64,000 nucleotides of DNA from the IMG/VR virus record IMGVR_UViG_3300026484_000110. One strand, 5' to 3'. Numbering within the stretch: position 1 is the stretch's first letter; each line of letters starts with the position of its first letter. Origin of the DNA: a virus. Shown one piece after another: positions 1-9,983 of the stretch. Below the pieces are notes generated by a model. The model saw only the letters and a program-made list of their open reading frames with translations. It was not told where the DNA came from and made no database searches. Made by a program: the position numbers and the translations under genes.

Positions 1-2
1 AT

Positions 3-539
3 GATAACTCTGTTGAAAATACTTTGGACTTAACTAGTTTAGCTGTTTTTGGTAAGTATAATCTAAAAGATTTAGTTATCCAAATGGTTAGGTCCAACAA
101 TATTAAAACTCTAATGACAAATTTCTCGATTGAACTTTTAGAGAAAATGGTAAGAAATATATCTGGTATGACATATGAAAACCGGGATATTGTATGTTAT
201 ATGAATTCAGATACAAATATAGAAACATTTAAGGAAGAAATGTTTGAAGATATAGTATTAGATGCAAAAGAAGAAAGTGAAGAATTAGGTAAGAAAGTGC
301 AAGAATTGTTGGAAAAATATGTTTATGTAAACAGAACTTGCAAAGACGGTATGTATGTAATAAAAGTAGAATATAGTAAAAACGAATATTTAGATGTAAT
401 TCTGGTATTGTTTTTTGCATGGTTACAAGGTTGTGCATCCGATAGGTTTGAAATAGTATCAGTTGTCAAATATTTTACTACAAATCTAATTAATCTAAGT
501 ATTGAAAATCTTAAATTAAAACTAAACAATAAAAAATAA
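3..539 (+). CDS. Hypothetical protein, 5'-truncated by the window edge
   Basis: The frame is open from position 3 (DNSVENTLDL...), so the TTG at 24 is probably internal. No recognisable motif. Confidence 0.7.
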   Translation, partial: DNSVENTLDLTSLAVFGKYNLKDLVIQMVRSNNIKTLMTNFSIELLEKMVRNISGMTYENRDIVCYMNSDTNIETFKEEMFEDIVLDAKEESEELGKKVQELLEKYVYVNRTCKDGMYVIKVEYSKNEYLDVILVLFFAWLQGCASDRFEIVSVVKYFTTNLINLSIENLKLKLNNKK

Positions 540-561
540 AATAAAACTAAAAGGAGTAAAA

Positions 562-813
562 ATGAATAGAAAAATTTTTGAATTGGATTTCAGCAAATGT
601 GATAAATATGAGTTAGTAGTTAATGATTCAGTATTTAATATTAAATTTGAAGATGGTAAATTAAACATAACATTTAATAAAGGTAATGTATCTGATTTTG
701 GTTTAGTAGAAAAAGTAAATAAAGTAAAACGTGAAAAAGTTAAGTTCTTTGTTGAAACAGAAGATGAAATAACATACGCCAGTATAAAATGTAAAAAAGC
801 AAAAGGAGAGTAA
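562..813 (+). CDS. Small beta-rich hypothetical protein coupled to PhuZ
   Basis: SD AAGGAG upstream; its stop lies 1 nt before the PhuZ ATG. Confidence 0.7.
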   Translation: MNRKIFELDFSKCDKYELVVNDSVFNIKFEDGKLNITFNKGNVSDFGLVEKVNKVKREKVKFFVETEDEITYASIKCKKAKGE

Positions 814-814
814 T

Positions 815-1849
815 ATGAAAGGTAAAATGATTCTTTATGGTATTGGTGGTGCCGGGATTAACATTGTATCTGATATAAAAAATGACCTAATGAATTTAGG
901 AGAAGGATTTTCAGACATTAGTGTTAGGACAATAGATACCACTGATAAAACAGTTAAAAAGTATGATGATTTAGCGGATACATTTTATAAAGTAGAGTCT
1001 AATAAGGTCTCTACTAATGGTTTAGACGGCATGGCAGGCGAAAGAAAAAATCTAGATGCAGTGAAATCTATTCAAACATCTATGAAGAAATATCTAGATG
1101 AGGTGGTAGGTGAGAATAAGAAAAATGAGTATCATATTTTAATCTCGTCAGCATCAGGTGGTTCAGGGAGTCTTATAAACAGTATTCTGTTATCCATGTT
1201 AAGACAACATGATTACAACGTATTACCAGTAATTGTTGGTGATGAATCTACATTGTTAAATATTACAAATACAATTAACACAATTGTGGGATTTAACAAC
1301 ATTGCTAGAAAAACAAATTCGGCATTAGGTGTATTCTACATTAGCAACAGTATAAATGGAGTCACTACTCCTAAATATGAAAAAGAAGTAAATCTTGATA
1401 TAAAGAGATATCTATCGGTAGTATCTATGTTTGTATCTGGAGATGTGCAAGATATAGACCAACAAGATATGAATAACTTCTTCATACCGTCTAGATATAA
1501 AAGTTTTGATGTAGAGCCAGGAATTTACAGATTAGGTACAAAAGTATCTAAGATGGATGATGGTAATGCAATTATTGTCAGAACAGCAATAATAAAAGGT
1601 AAGGATTTTACTATCGACTTACCATTATTGCATAATAAAGTGGGTACAGTAATGGATACACATATTGATGTATTTGGAAATAAATCATTTCCGGTATTCC
1701 TAACTTTAAAGAAAAACGAATTCAATACGGTAGTTGAAACATTACAAGAAGATTATAAGAAACTAGAGGCTATTAAAAATACAAAATCGTCTACATTAGA
1801 AAAATTATCTGATTCCGTAGATGATGAGGAATTCGGCTTAGTACTATAG
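815..1849 (+). CDS. phuZ: Phage tubulin PhuZ
   Basis: T1 loop LYGIGGAGINI, T4-like loop SASGGSGS, T7-like DIDQQD and acidic C-terminal tail DDEEFGLVL; 344 aa. Confidence 0.93.
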   Translation: MKGKMILYGIGGAGINIVSDIKNDLMNLGEGFSDISVRTIDTTDKTVKKYDDLADTFYKVESNKVSTNGLDGMAGERKNLDAVKSIQTSMKKYLDEVVGENKKNEYHILISSASGGSGSLINSILLSMLRQHDYNVLPVIVGDESTLLNITNTINTIVGFNNIARKTNSALGVFYISNSINGVTTPKYEKEVNLDIKRYLSVVSMFVSGDVQDIDQQDMNNFFIPSRYKSFDVEPGIYRLGTKVSKMDDGNAIIVRTAIIKGKDFTIDLPLLHNKVGTVMDTHIDVFGNKSFPVFLTLKKNEFNTVVETLQEDYKKLEAIKNTKSSTLEKLSDSVDDEEFGLVL

Positions 1850-1865
1850 GGTAAACCTATAGTAC
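1841..1865 (+). terminator. Hairpin terminator containing the phuZ TAG
   Basis: GTACTATAGG-GTAAA-CCTATAGTAC followed by a T-rich tract. Confidence 0.8.
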
Positions 1866-1910
1866 TGTTTTTCATTTTTAGTCTCTTAGTTGACTGCCTA
1901 AGGAGGTATT

Positions 1911-2219
1911 ATGGAAAATTATGGAATAGTAATAGATATGTCTACTCTGAGTCCTAATCTATATAACCAGGAACTATACGATTGGTTTATCAGAAAGACA
2001 TTAAAAGAACAGTTTCCATTTATAAATTTAGAGAATAAAAGTTTTCCAGATGAAACAGTTTTTAATAAATTATATTTAGAAAATATTAATCAGTTTTTAG
2101 TAATAGAAAATAGAATTTTTGATATGTTGGCATCTTTAGGTATCCATATTCCGGATAGAGGTAAAATTATGACAAGAGATGATTATGTAATTATATTTTT
2201 AGGAGAAAAAACATGGTAA
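1911..2219 (+). CDS. Hypothetical protein
   Basis: SD AAGGAGG; first gene of a tightly coupled 8-gene unit. Confidence 0.75.
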   Translation: MENYGIVIDMSTLSPNLYNQELYDWFIRKTLKEQFPFINLENKSFPDETVFNKLYLENINQFLVIENRIFDMLASLGIHIPDRGKIMTRDDYVIIFLGEKTW

Positions 2220-2971
2220 CAGAATATAGAAGACCCATAAACTTAAAATTAAGAATGGAAGATAATGTGTTAATAGATGAATCTGAATATTTTATTACAG
2301 AAATATTTACAATTCCTATACCAGCAATGGTATTGAATTTAGAAGATATTTTTAAAGATATATTTCCAGAAATATATATACGTGATGGTCTTTACCTACC
2401 TGAAAGTAAATTACCTATACTTGAATTTAATATGCCTTATAAAACAAATACAGGCGAAACAGTAGTTATTAATAGTTTAGAAGATTTAGAGGATGCATTT
2501 ACTAAGTATAGTTTTATAACGGTAAGTAATAAAACTATATTAAGTAAAGAAGCATTCCTAAGTATTAGAAATTTATTATCAGATAGGGTAACATATCCTG
2601 TAGTGCTTAGCGGTATAATTGATTTTATAATAGGTAATTTTCAGGTAGAAGAGAATCCTGAGTCAAATTTAATATTCGAAGACTTTATGGGTATTAGTAA
2701 TAATATTAAATTGTTACCACCGTATATCGAACAATACTACTCTGTATATGATTATATTTTAGGATTGGGAATTGTTAATCAAGATTATTTAAATTTAATT
2801 ATGGAAAGAGTAAAATACTTAGAAGATGTAATTTATAGTAAGTTAAGAGAAGATATCTTGTCTACATATAGGGCAAAAGTGAAAAATAGTTTTATCTATA
2901 TAGAAAAATTACCTAGTCCTAGTAGTAGAAGATATTTTTTAAACATGGAGAAACAAAAACAAGGAGTCTAA
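2213..2971 (+). CDS. Hypothetical protein
   Basis: SD AGGAG; overlaps the upstream stop. Confidence 0.75.
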   Translation: MVTEYRRPINLKLRMEDNVLIDESEYFITEIFTIPIPAMVLNLEDIFKDIFPEIYIRDGLYLPESKLPILEFNMPYKTNTGETVVINSLEDLEDAFTKYSFITVSNKTILSKEAFLSIRNLLSDRVTYPVVLSGIIDFIIGNFQVEENPESNLIFEDFMGISNNIKLLPPYIEQYYSVYDYILGLGIVNQDYLNLIMERVKYLEDVIYSKLREDILSTYRAKVKNSFIYIEKLPSPSSRRYFLNMEKQKQGV

Positions 2972-2972
2972 A

Positions 2973-3551
2973 ATGTTTAATTATTTATTTAGTGTAGAAA
3001 AACTGAGTGAATTAGTGAACACGTTAAAAGGTATAACTACCATTAGAGGTGTAGGTTTTGTCGAATTAAAGTTTATAGATAACTATGCTAATTTATTAGC
3101 AAATGAAATAGAAATTATGTATAGAACTGATTATATTAATGACATTGCTTCGGTCTGTAGAACAGCCCTAATAGATAGTCTTTATGTATCTCCTGATGAA
3201 CCGAGTGAATATATAGAAAATTTTTTCATGCAGTTTGATTATTGCTTAAATGACAGATTTTTAACTACATTAGTTTTCAATATTAACAAGGAAAGAATTA
3301 AGCAAATAATTTTAGATTTCTTAAGCAATGTACGGCATAGTATAGATATGTTTGTTAAATGTGATAAGGTAATTTCCAGAATGGATTGCATCGCAATTGT
3401 AGAGTCTCCAGAGAACATGGGACTGGTTACCGAAATAAATGGAAATCTACTATCTACTATTATACCAAATAAAAGTATAGGTATAATTTATGATGTTACA
3501 GATAATATTTTAAAAGTATTATACGTAGGAGAGATAAATGAAAATTCGTAG
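2973..3551 (+). CDS. Hypothetical protein
   Basis: SD AAGGAG; coupled to its neighbours. Confidence 0.75.
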   Translation: MFNYLFSVEKLSELVNTLKGITTIRGVGFVELKFIDNYANLLANEIEIMYRTDYINDIASVCRTALIDSLYVSPDEPSEYIENFFMQFDYCLNDRFLTTLVFNINKERIKQIILDFLSNVRHSIDMFVKCDKVISRMDCIAIVESPENMGLVTEINGNLLSTIIPNKSIGIIYDVTDNILKVLYVGEINENS

Positions 3552-3858
3552 AAAATTAAATCTCTCCTTTATTAAAGATTTTTATGGTAAAATAGTCCCT
3601 GGTTTAAAAACTGAAATAGCTTTAGCAAAAAAGTTTGAATATCCTAATTTTGCTACCACGTTAGATAACTTTATATTATTTTTGGAAAATAAATATGGAA
3701 TATCTCCTAAGTATGATGTTCTAACATTGTTTATAACATACTTAGAACATAGAATTATACCTGAATGCGATGATGTTAGTAAATATTTATTATCTATAAA
3801 GGTAGTAGATATTAATGAAAATTTTGAGGCTACTGTTGAAATAGAATACGAAGACTAA
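3538..3858 (+). CDS. Hypothetical protein
   Basis: SD AGGAG; overlaps the upstream gene. Confidence 0.7.
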   Translation: MKIRRKLNLSFIKDFYGKIVPGLKTEIALAKKFEYPNFATTLDNFILFLENKYGISPKYDVLTLFITYLEHRIIPECDDVSKYLLSIKVVDINENFEATVEIEYED

Positions 3859-3869
3859 AGGAGTCTACT

Positions 3870-4313
3870 ATGGATAAAAAAATAATGTATGAGGATGAAT
3901 TTGGTGTATCAGTAATTGGAGTAGTAAATCTTGATTATACGTTGCTAATAAAAGAAGTAGAAGATTTTCTATTTAATTCGGATTTGAAAGATTACGCTAT
4001 AGAATTTAGTAATCTATTAGCAAATTCTATAATTGATTTTTATTTAAGCTATGACAACAATCTCCACAATATGGTAGAAGAACTAATATCCACTATTAAT
4101 GATGTTTTAGAAAAGAATAATAATAAATATAGTTATGAAATAAGATATATGATTAATGAAGATAAATTCAAAAGCGATTTAACTGCTTTTTTATATAATT
4201 CATTCTTTCTTAGAAATAATAAAATATTGAATTTAATAAAGCAGTCAGGATTTAATATATTTCCAGGTAAGGACTTAGGAAATAATATTAAAGAAATTTT
4301 ATTAGGAGTCTAA
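3870..4313 (+). CDS. Hypothetical protein
   Basis: SD AAGGAG. Confidence 0.75.
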   Translation: MDKKIMYEDEFGVSVIGVVNLDYTLLIKEVEDFLFNSDLKDYAIEFSNLLANSIIDFYLSYDNNLHNMVEELISTINDVLEKNNNKYSYEIRYMINEDKFKSDLTAFLYNSFFLRNNKILNLIKQSGFNIFPGKDLGNNIKEILLGV

Positions 4314-4314
4314 A

Positions 4315-4848
4315 ATGAGCAGAGATAAGGTTTTATTAAAAATTTTGTCCAGATTTAATTTATATAGCGAGGATTTGGAACCATACGTAATAGATGTATT
4401 AATAGATGAAATACTTGATATTGGAGAAATTGTCTATAAACCTATTAATACATATTTGATAGAGAACTACTTGTTAATTTATTTAAAAATGACCCCAAGA
4501 TTTCATGTTTTATCTCCTAAACATTTAACGTCTATCCTTAATATTCTTATAGAGAATTTTATAGTTGGTTTTTTAGATAAAAATCTATCTCTCGATTTAA
4601 AAAATATGATTCCTGGTTTAGCAGATGAGATTTTAGATACTATTGGGTATCCTAACAATAATAACTTTGTAGATAAAGATGATTTTATTAAATTGTTGTT
4701 AAATTTGGCAGATGATAAAATATTTAAAAAACTAATTCTAGATACTATAAGTATTCCTAATAGAAAGTTATTATTAGCAATCCCAACAAGATGGATAACT
4801 GATAAACAACTAGAAATACTCTTAGGAGTAGAAAGGAGTCTAAATTGA
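4315..4848 (+). CDS. Hypothetical protein
   Basis: SD AGGAG; coupled. Confidence 0.75.
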   Translation: MSRDKVLLKILSRFNLYSEDLEPYVIDVLIDEILDIGEIVYKPINTYLIENYLLIYLKMTPRFHVLSPKHLTSILNILIENFIVGFLDKNLSLDLKNMIPGLADEILDTIGYPNNNNFVDKDDFIKLLLNLADDKIFKKLILDTISIPNRKLLLAIPTRWITDKQLEILLGVERSLN

Positions 4849-5165
4849 TAACAGGTACGCTGGTTTTACCTATAGATGATAATCTTAGAAATTTATTTCA
4901 TAAATTAAATTTAACTAGTAGTAAAGATAAATTATATTTCTTTACTTTGCTTTTAGGAGCAATTACTAATGATAATTTTATTTTTACAGATATTGTTCGA
5001 ATTGTTAAAATTTTTGATAGACCTAGACAGGCTAGGCTTGTTTACAACTACGTAAAAAATTATCTAAAACCTATATTAAAATCGTATAATGTGAATAACG
5101 TAGTAGATATTGTAATAAATAAAAATTTGATTATAATTAAACACATTAATTCTGTAAGGAGATAA
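4845..5165 (+). CDS. Hypothetical protein (TTG start)
   Basis: SD AAGGAG; TTGA start/stop overlap. Confidence 0.7.
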   Translation: MITGTLVLPIDDNLRNLFHKLNLTSSKDKLYFFTLLLGAITNDNFIFTDIVRIVKIFDRPRQARLVYNYVKNYLKPILKSYNVNNVVDIVINKNLIIIKHINSVRR

Positions 5166-5166
5166 A

Positions 5167-5565
5167 ATGTTTGAAATAGGTAAAAGATATAGTTTTACTA
5201 CAATAGCTCCAGTAACGCTAGGTGCTGTATATAGTAATGTAAAAGCTACTGCTAATTTAACTTTTGATTTAGCTATAAAATTTGCAGATATAATTTCTAT
5301 TAGAAATAAGATTAAACAAGAAACAGATATAAATTTACTAGACCCGAGAGATGTTTTATACACAATGTTTGAAACAGTGGATAAGAAGACTATTGTTTTA
5401 GCAAATGACTGGATAAATACCAGTTCAATAACACTAATAGACAGTATAGTAGCAAATATCAGAATTGAAAATATTACTACTGAGGATATAATCAATATTA
5501 GGAATATGTTGGAAGCTATGGGTTATAAAAATTTTGATATAGACACTACATCTACCTCAGAGTAG
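5167..5565 (+). CDS. Conserved phiKZ-like small protein of unknown function
   Basis: The N-terminus MFEIGKRYSFTTIAPVTLGAVYSNV resembles a small conserved jumbo-phage protein recalled from tubulin neighbourhoods; SD AAGGAG. Confidence 0.6.
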   Translation: MFEIGKRYSFTTIAPVTLGAVYSNVKATANLTFDLAIKFADIISIRNKIKQETDINLLDPRDVLYTMFETVDKKTIVLANDWINTSSITLIDSIVANIRIENITTEDIINIRNMLEAMGYKNFDIDTTSTSE

Positions 5566-5572
5566 ATGTAGT
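5545..5572 (+). terminator. Hairpin terminator containing TAG
   Basis: ACTACATCTAC-CTCAGA-GTAGATGTAGT followed by a T tract. Confidence 0.8.
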
Positions 5573-5614
5573 AACTTTTTCTTTTTGTGAATGAATGATG
5601 TAAGGAGAATAAAA

Positions 5615-7804
5615 ATGGGAAATAAAGATGTTAATAAATGGTTAAATGAAGTATCTGAAAATTGGAGAAATAATAATTTAAAACCAAAGAGCATACAGGA
5701 AGAAGCTAAAGAAACAGATATTGATCCCGTTGAGGAGACAATGGTAGTATCAGATTACGTAATGAGAAAAACAAGGAATTATGAGAACATAGTAAATAAT
5801 GATGTAAGTGTGAAAGATGAGGATTGGGTATTCGATTCTTTTTTAGTACCTAGAATTGAATTAGATCCAATAGATGAATTACATAGATATTGGAGCATTA
5901 CTGAAACAAAGTTTACTGATACCAGCTTAGGTGGTAATATTGCTATTAATGTTTATCCACAATTTACTAGGTATGCTGATATTAGATTAAAAGGTAGATT
6001 ATCAAATAGAAACGATGTAAGAGTGAATAATATTTCTGGAAATATAGGTATGGGTAGATACTATGGAGAAGTGATAGACGATAATGCTTTTGATGTATAT
6101 TTCACATTCGGAGTACCTGAATTTAATAGTCTATTTACTTTTATACTAAACAGTATGGATTATAAACAATCAGTAGTAGCAAATGAAGGTAGGAGTCCTT
6201 TTATGTATAACCTAGGACAGATATGGGGACTAGTGGCTGTTGCTGCTGGTTTTGGTATTGTGGGAATAGCAGTTACTGTTTTAAGAAAAGTAGTGTCTAC
6301 TGTATATGATATTGTAGCAGGTCCAGGTAGATTTAGTTATTATTATCTTAAACCTACTATGTTTATGTATTGGTCTACAGTCAATAGTTTAGTCACTATG
6401 ATGGCTACGGAATTAGGACTAGTGACGCCTTCTTTAATGCCATCTAATAAAGATAATGTGGGAGTACCTATTAAATTAGATAAAAAAGATACTGAATTTC
6501 TACGTGAGTATATGCCAGATATAATTACTAAAGATAATTATATAGACGTTTTTAATATGGTTACTAAGACACAAAGATTATATAACGAAATGCATAAAAA
6601 AGAATTAGAACTCTATGAGAATATAAATAACATAACAAGTGTATCCGACAATCTAGGTAAAGAGTTACTTAAGATATCCGATAATGTAAAAAATAGACCT
6701 AGTGACTTTTTCGAGAGAGTAAGAAAATCTACAAAAAATAGTAAATGGTATGGTTTTAAACAGAAAGAAGAAACTAATAACAAGGACACAAATACAACAA
6801 AACCATCTGATAAACAACATATTACATATGATAAAGATGGTACTATAAAAAGATCTAAAGAAGACGATCCTAGTTTTATTAATGAGGTTTTCACACATTA
6901 TAGAGATATGATGCAAGGCGGTGCAGCTTATGCTGTGTTTAGAGTAGAAAATCCAGGCAGCGTATCTGAATCATTTAGTAATGAAACAGGCGATATTGAA
7001 TTAGAGGGTATGTTAAAATCAATCGGTGGTAAAGCAAAAGCTTTGCAGTACGATTTAGCAGGCGGGGTAGTGCCTGGTATGGGTGATCTTTTAAAAGGAA
7101 TAAAAGATTTCGCTTCTGGTGCGTTAGATATGATTACATTTGGTTTATCAAATGTTCTAACAGCATTACTAGGAAATGCAAATATGGATATGCCTAAACG
7201 TTGGATAGATAGTAGCGCTAGTTTCCCAGAACATACATTCAAAATGAGATTACAAGCACCATATGGTAATCCAATTAGTCAGTTAAGGAATATTTATATA
7301 CCGTTAGCAGCAATATTAGCGGCAGCATTACCTAAAGCAGCTGGTCCATCCAGTTATACGTCACCATTTTTATGTAGTATGTTTATTAGGGGATATAACG
7401 AAATAAAATTAGGTATGATTACTAATCTTACTATTACTAGAGGAGTATCTAACTTACCTTTTAACAAACAGAGACGTCCTTTAGCAATTGATGTCACCTT
7501 TACAGTAACAGACTTTAGTAAAATATTAGCTATGCCGGTAGTTACAGAAATAGGACAAGAAGCATTTACATCTTTTAACGAAGATAGTCCTATTAATAAA
7601 TATATTGCTACATTATGTGCTAGAGATTTATATACATCAAAATTCTTTATACCAAAGATGAAATTAAATTTTGCCAGATTTAAAGCTAATATGGATATGA
7701 TGTTTAGTAGTAGTTATGCAGCAGCTAAGTTATATGATGCTACTCCTGATATTTTAAAAGATGCTTTAGAAAGAAAGGCCGTAAACTATACAGAACATTA
7801 TTAA
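5615..7804 (+). CDS. Virion structural (tail/baseplate) protein, phiKZ gp27-like
   Basis: Motifs DTSLGGNIAIN.YPQFTRYADI and PYGNPIS...IYIPLAAILA; lies beside sheath/tube. Start moved to ATG 5615 behind AAGGAG. Confidence 0.65.
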   Translation: MGNKDVNKWLNEVSENWRNNNLKPKSIQEEAKETDIDPVEETMVVSDYVMRKTRNYENIVNNDVSVKDEDWVFDSFLVPRIELDPIDELHRYWSITETKFTDTSLGGNIAINVYPQFTRYADIRLKGRLSNRNDVRVNNISGNIGMGRYYGEVIDDNAFDVYFTFGVPEFNSLFTFILNSMDYKQSVVANEGRSPFMYNLGQIWGLVAVAAGFGIVGIAVTVLRKVVSTVYDIVAGPGRFSYYYLKPTMFMYWSTVNSLVTMMATELGLVTPSLMPSNKDNVGVPIKLDKKDTEFLREYMPDIITKDNYIDVFNMVTKTQRLYNEMHKKELELYENINNITSVSDNLGKELLKISDNVKNRPSDFFERVRKSTKNSKWYGFKQKEETNNKDTNTTKPSDKQHITYDKDGTIKRSKEDDPSFINEVFTHYRDMMQGGAAYAVFRVENPGSVSESFSNETGDIELEGMLKSIGGKAKALQYDLAGGVVPGMGDLLKGIKDFASGALDMITFGLSNVLTALLGNANMDMPKRWIDSSASFPEHTFKMRLQAPYGNPISQLRNIYIPLAAILAAALPKAAGPSSYTSPFLCSMFIRGYNEIKLGMITNLTITRGVSNLPFNKQRRPLAIDVTFTVTDFSKILAMPVVTEIGQEAFTSFNEDSPINKYIATLCARDLYTSKFFIPKMKLNFARFKANMDMMFSSSYAAAKLYDATPDILKDALERKAVNYTEHY

Positions 7805-7834
7805 GACGAATAGGAGTATCTACTCCTATTCGTC
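7805..7834. terminator. Bidirectional hairpin terminator
   Basis: GACGAATAGGAGTA-TC-TACTCCTATTCGTC between convergent genes; contains the minus-strand TAG. Confidence 0.8.
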
Positions 7835-8248
7835 ATTATCTTTGGTTTTATTTTTGATATAAATATCCCTATATTTTATATTCTTATTATTTTCTAGTAT
7901 TTCTGTATATTTGTCTATTTCATTTGGTAATGGTATTGGTGTAGCCAATAAAATCATTTCATTTTTTACTTTTACTGCATCCAATAATTGTTTAAACAAT
8001 ATTAAATATGTTAACATTTTATTTTTATACCCACCGCCTAATAAGTATGCTATTAAAAGAGTCCTATTATCTAACCAGAATTTTTCTTTTCTATTAATCT
8101 CTTTTAACCATCTAAATTCTTTAATTTTGTTAAATCTTTCCATTATAGATTTTATTTTAGGTCCTATGAATACTACTTTAAATAAGTTATTTCCGAGAAT
8201 ATTAGGTATTTTATCACTTTTTAATTCTTCTATAGTCCATAAATACAT
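7826..8248 (-). CDS. Hypothetical protein
   Basis: SD AAGGAG on the minus strand; ends inside the hairpin. Confidence 0.7.
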   Translation of the reverse strand: MYLWTIEELKSDKIPNILGNNLFKVVFIGPKIKSIMERFNKIKEFRWLKEINRKEKFWLDNRTLLIAYLLGGGYKNKMLTYLILFKQLLDAVKVKNEMILLATPIPLPNEIDKYTEILENNKNIKYRDIYIKNKTKDNDE

Positions 8249-8257
8249 TCTTTCTCC

Positions 8258-9328
8258 TTAGGCAAAATTTGATATTGGGTTATCATTAATCATCGTTTTA
8301 TTTTTAGGCAATTTCCTAGACTTCATTAACTCATCGTTAAAAGCTAAATACCTGGATACATCTTTATCGTTTATTTCCGTGGCTAATTTGGACTTTGTGG
8401 ATGTGTTTGTTAAATATGTGACGCTATTATTATTTTTATCTACCTCATCAATGCTGACATCCTTACTAGCTAGTAGAAATGATTTATTTATATCTTCATC
8501 CTTTAAATCAAGTTCTTTTTTATCTTTTTTCCATGTATCCGGAATAATTTTATTAACTAAACTTTTACCTATTTTTATTCCTTCTTTATAGGCTGCCTCG
8601 CGTGTTGTTGATTTAGTTATACTAGCAATCGTAGTAAAATTTAATTTTTTACTTTTTATAAGTTTATTAGCTGCCTTTCTGACATATTTATTATCTACGT
8701 TTTTATTTAGGAAATTACCTATTAAAGAACTACTCGTTTTGGGATCGGATAAACATTCTAATATTTTTAATAGATCAGCTGTAGTTAAAGTGGATAGAAC
8801 GTTTTTTATAGCTTGGTTATTATTTAGTTTATTATCCAAATCTATATTACATAATTTTTTAATTAACTTTTGTAAATCGCTTTTTGTTTTAATAGATAAC
8901 TTTCTACTAACTAGCTCGTTTGCTATATTGTTTATTAGGTTTTCTCTTAATTTTGATACTACGTCACTATTTAAATCAATTTTACAATCATCAGCGTAGT
9001 CTTTAGCTAATTTAATAATTGTTCTATTATCTACCGATTTACTTACCGCAGTTCTTAAACTATCTAAAACGCTTTTATCACTATCTTCTTTACTCATTTT
9101 AGATACAGCATCGTTATCCATCTTTTTGAAACTACCTATAGAAATCGTGTTTGTATTTTTAGTATTTAAGTCACTATCTAAATTTGTTTTCTCTTTTTTA
9201 TTAGTTTTAACTGGTGTGGTTTTTACACTATCTATTGTAGCATTCTTACTATCTTTGTCTGTTAAATAATCAGTAAAGCTACCTTTTATTTTTTTTACAA
9301 AACTTAAATCATCTAAGTTTATACCCAT
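8258..9328 (-). CDS. Hypothetical K/S/T/D-rich protein, possibly virion-associated
   Basis: 356 aa ORF with SD AAAGGA; located in the tail gene region. Confidence 0.65.
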   Translation of the reverse strand: MGINLDDLSFVKKIKGSFTDYLTDKDSKNATIDSVKTTPVKTNKKEKTNLDSDLNTKNTNTISIGSFKKMDNDAVSKMSKEDSDKSVLDSLRTAVSKSVDNRTIIKLAKDYADDCKIDLNSDVVSKLRENLINNIANELVSRKLSIKTKSDLQKLIKKLCNIDLDNKLNNNQAIKNVLSTLTTADLLKILECLSDPKTSSSLIGNFLNKNVDNKYVRKAANKLIKSKKLNFTTIASITKSTTREAAYKEGIKIGKSLVNKIIPDTWKKDKKELDLKDEDINKSFLLASKDVSIDEVDKNNNSVTYLTNTSTKSKLATEINDKDVSRYLAFNDELMKSRKLPKNKTMINDNPISNFA

Positions 9329-9361
9329 TTCATATCCTTTAAATTAAACTTTTTTTAATCA

Positions 9362-9431
9362 TATATTATTAATAGGAGATATACTATTACAATCATTGAA
9401 ATCAATGATTATTTATTAGTATATCATTAAT
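9362..9431 (+). promoter_or_regulatory. Tandem phiKZ-type early promoter-like motifs
   Basis: TATATTATTAAT (9362-9373) and TATATCATTAAT (9420-9431), with hairpin 9391-9410 between them; they resemble the phiKZ early consensus TATATTAC. Confidence 0.55.
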
Positions 9432-9501
9432 TTGGATTACAACATCCAACATTTTTTCAGCTTAGATCTAATCTGAACAAAAAACAAAAAAGGAGTAAAC
9501 A

Positions 9502-9951
9502 ATGGCTGACAAAGTAATTTTAAACGGTGTAGAATTTGAGGTTAATGTAGAAGGAAATACTGTTGTAGTAAATGCAGATGAGAATGCATTTATAGACTAT
9601 ATGAAAAATGAAAAAGAACTTACAAAGGCAGAAATCAAAAAAGTATCAGTCGGTATGAATGACTATCTTAAAGCTGTGGTAGATACAGCTGTAGATAAAG
9701 CAGGTAAAGAACTAATTAACCATTGCGATGCTGAAGCTGTAAATGTGAAATTTCCTTTTGGCGTAAATAAATCTGATGTAGTAGAAGTTCATGTTCAAAG
9801 AGAAAAAGATGTTAGAATTCCTACTACCGGAGAGGTAGTGAAAAAACCTGCTATTAAAGTGGCTGTAAACACTAAGGCTACAAGAATTAGTAAATCCCAT
9901 ATAAGAGCCTTAAGAGAAGATTTAGAAGAGGTACTAGCCAAAGGATGCTAA
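9502..9951 (+). CDS. Small protein with an HU/IHF-like beta-arm; candidate DNA-binding protein
   Basis: REKDVRIPTTGEVVKKPAIKVAV resembles the HU arm RxGRNPxTGExIxIPAxKV; strong SD and a structured leader. Confidence 0.45.
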   Translation: MADKVILNGVEFEVNVEGNTVVVNADENAFIDYMKNEKELTKAEIKKVSVGMNDYLKAVVDTAVDKAGKELINHCDAEAVNVKFPFGVNKSDVVEVHVQREKDVRIPTTGEVVKKPAIKVAVNTKATRISKSHIRALREDLEEVLAKGC

Positions 9952-9983
9952 TTCCTTTGGTTTATTTTTTTTGGAGAAAGAAA

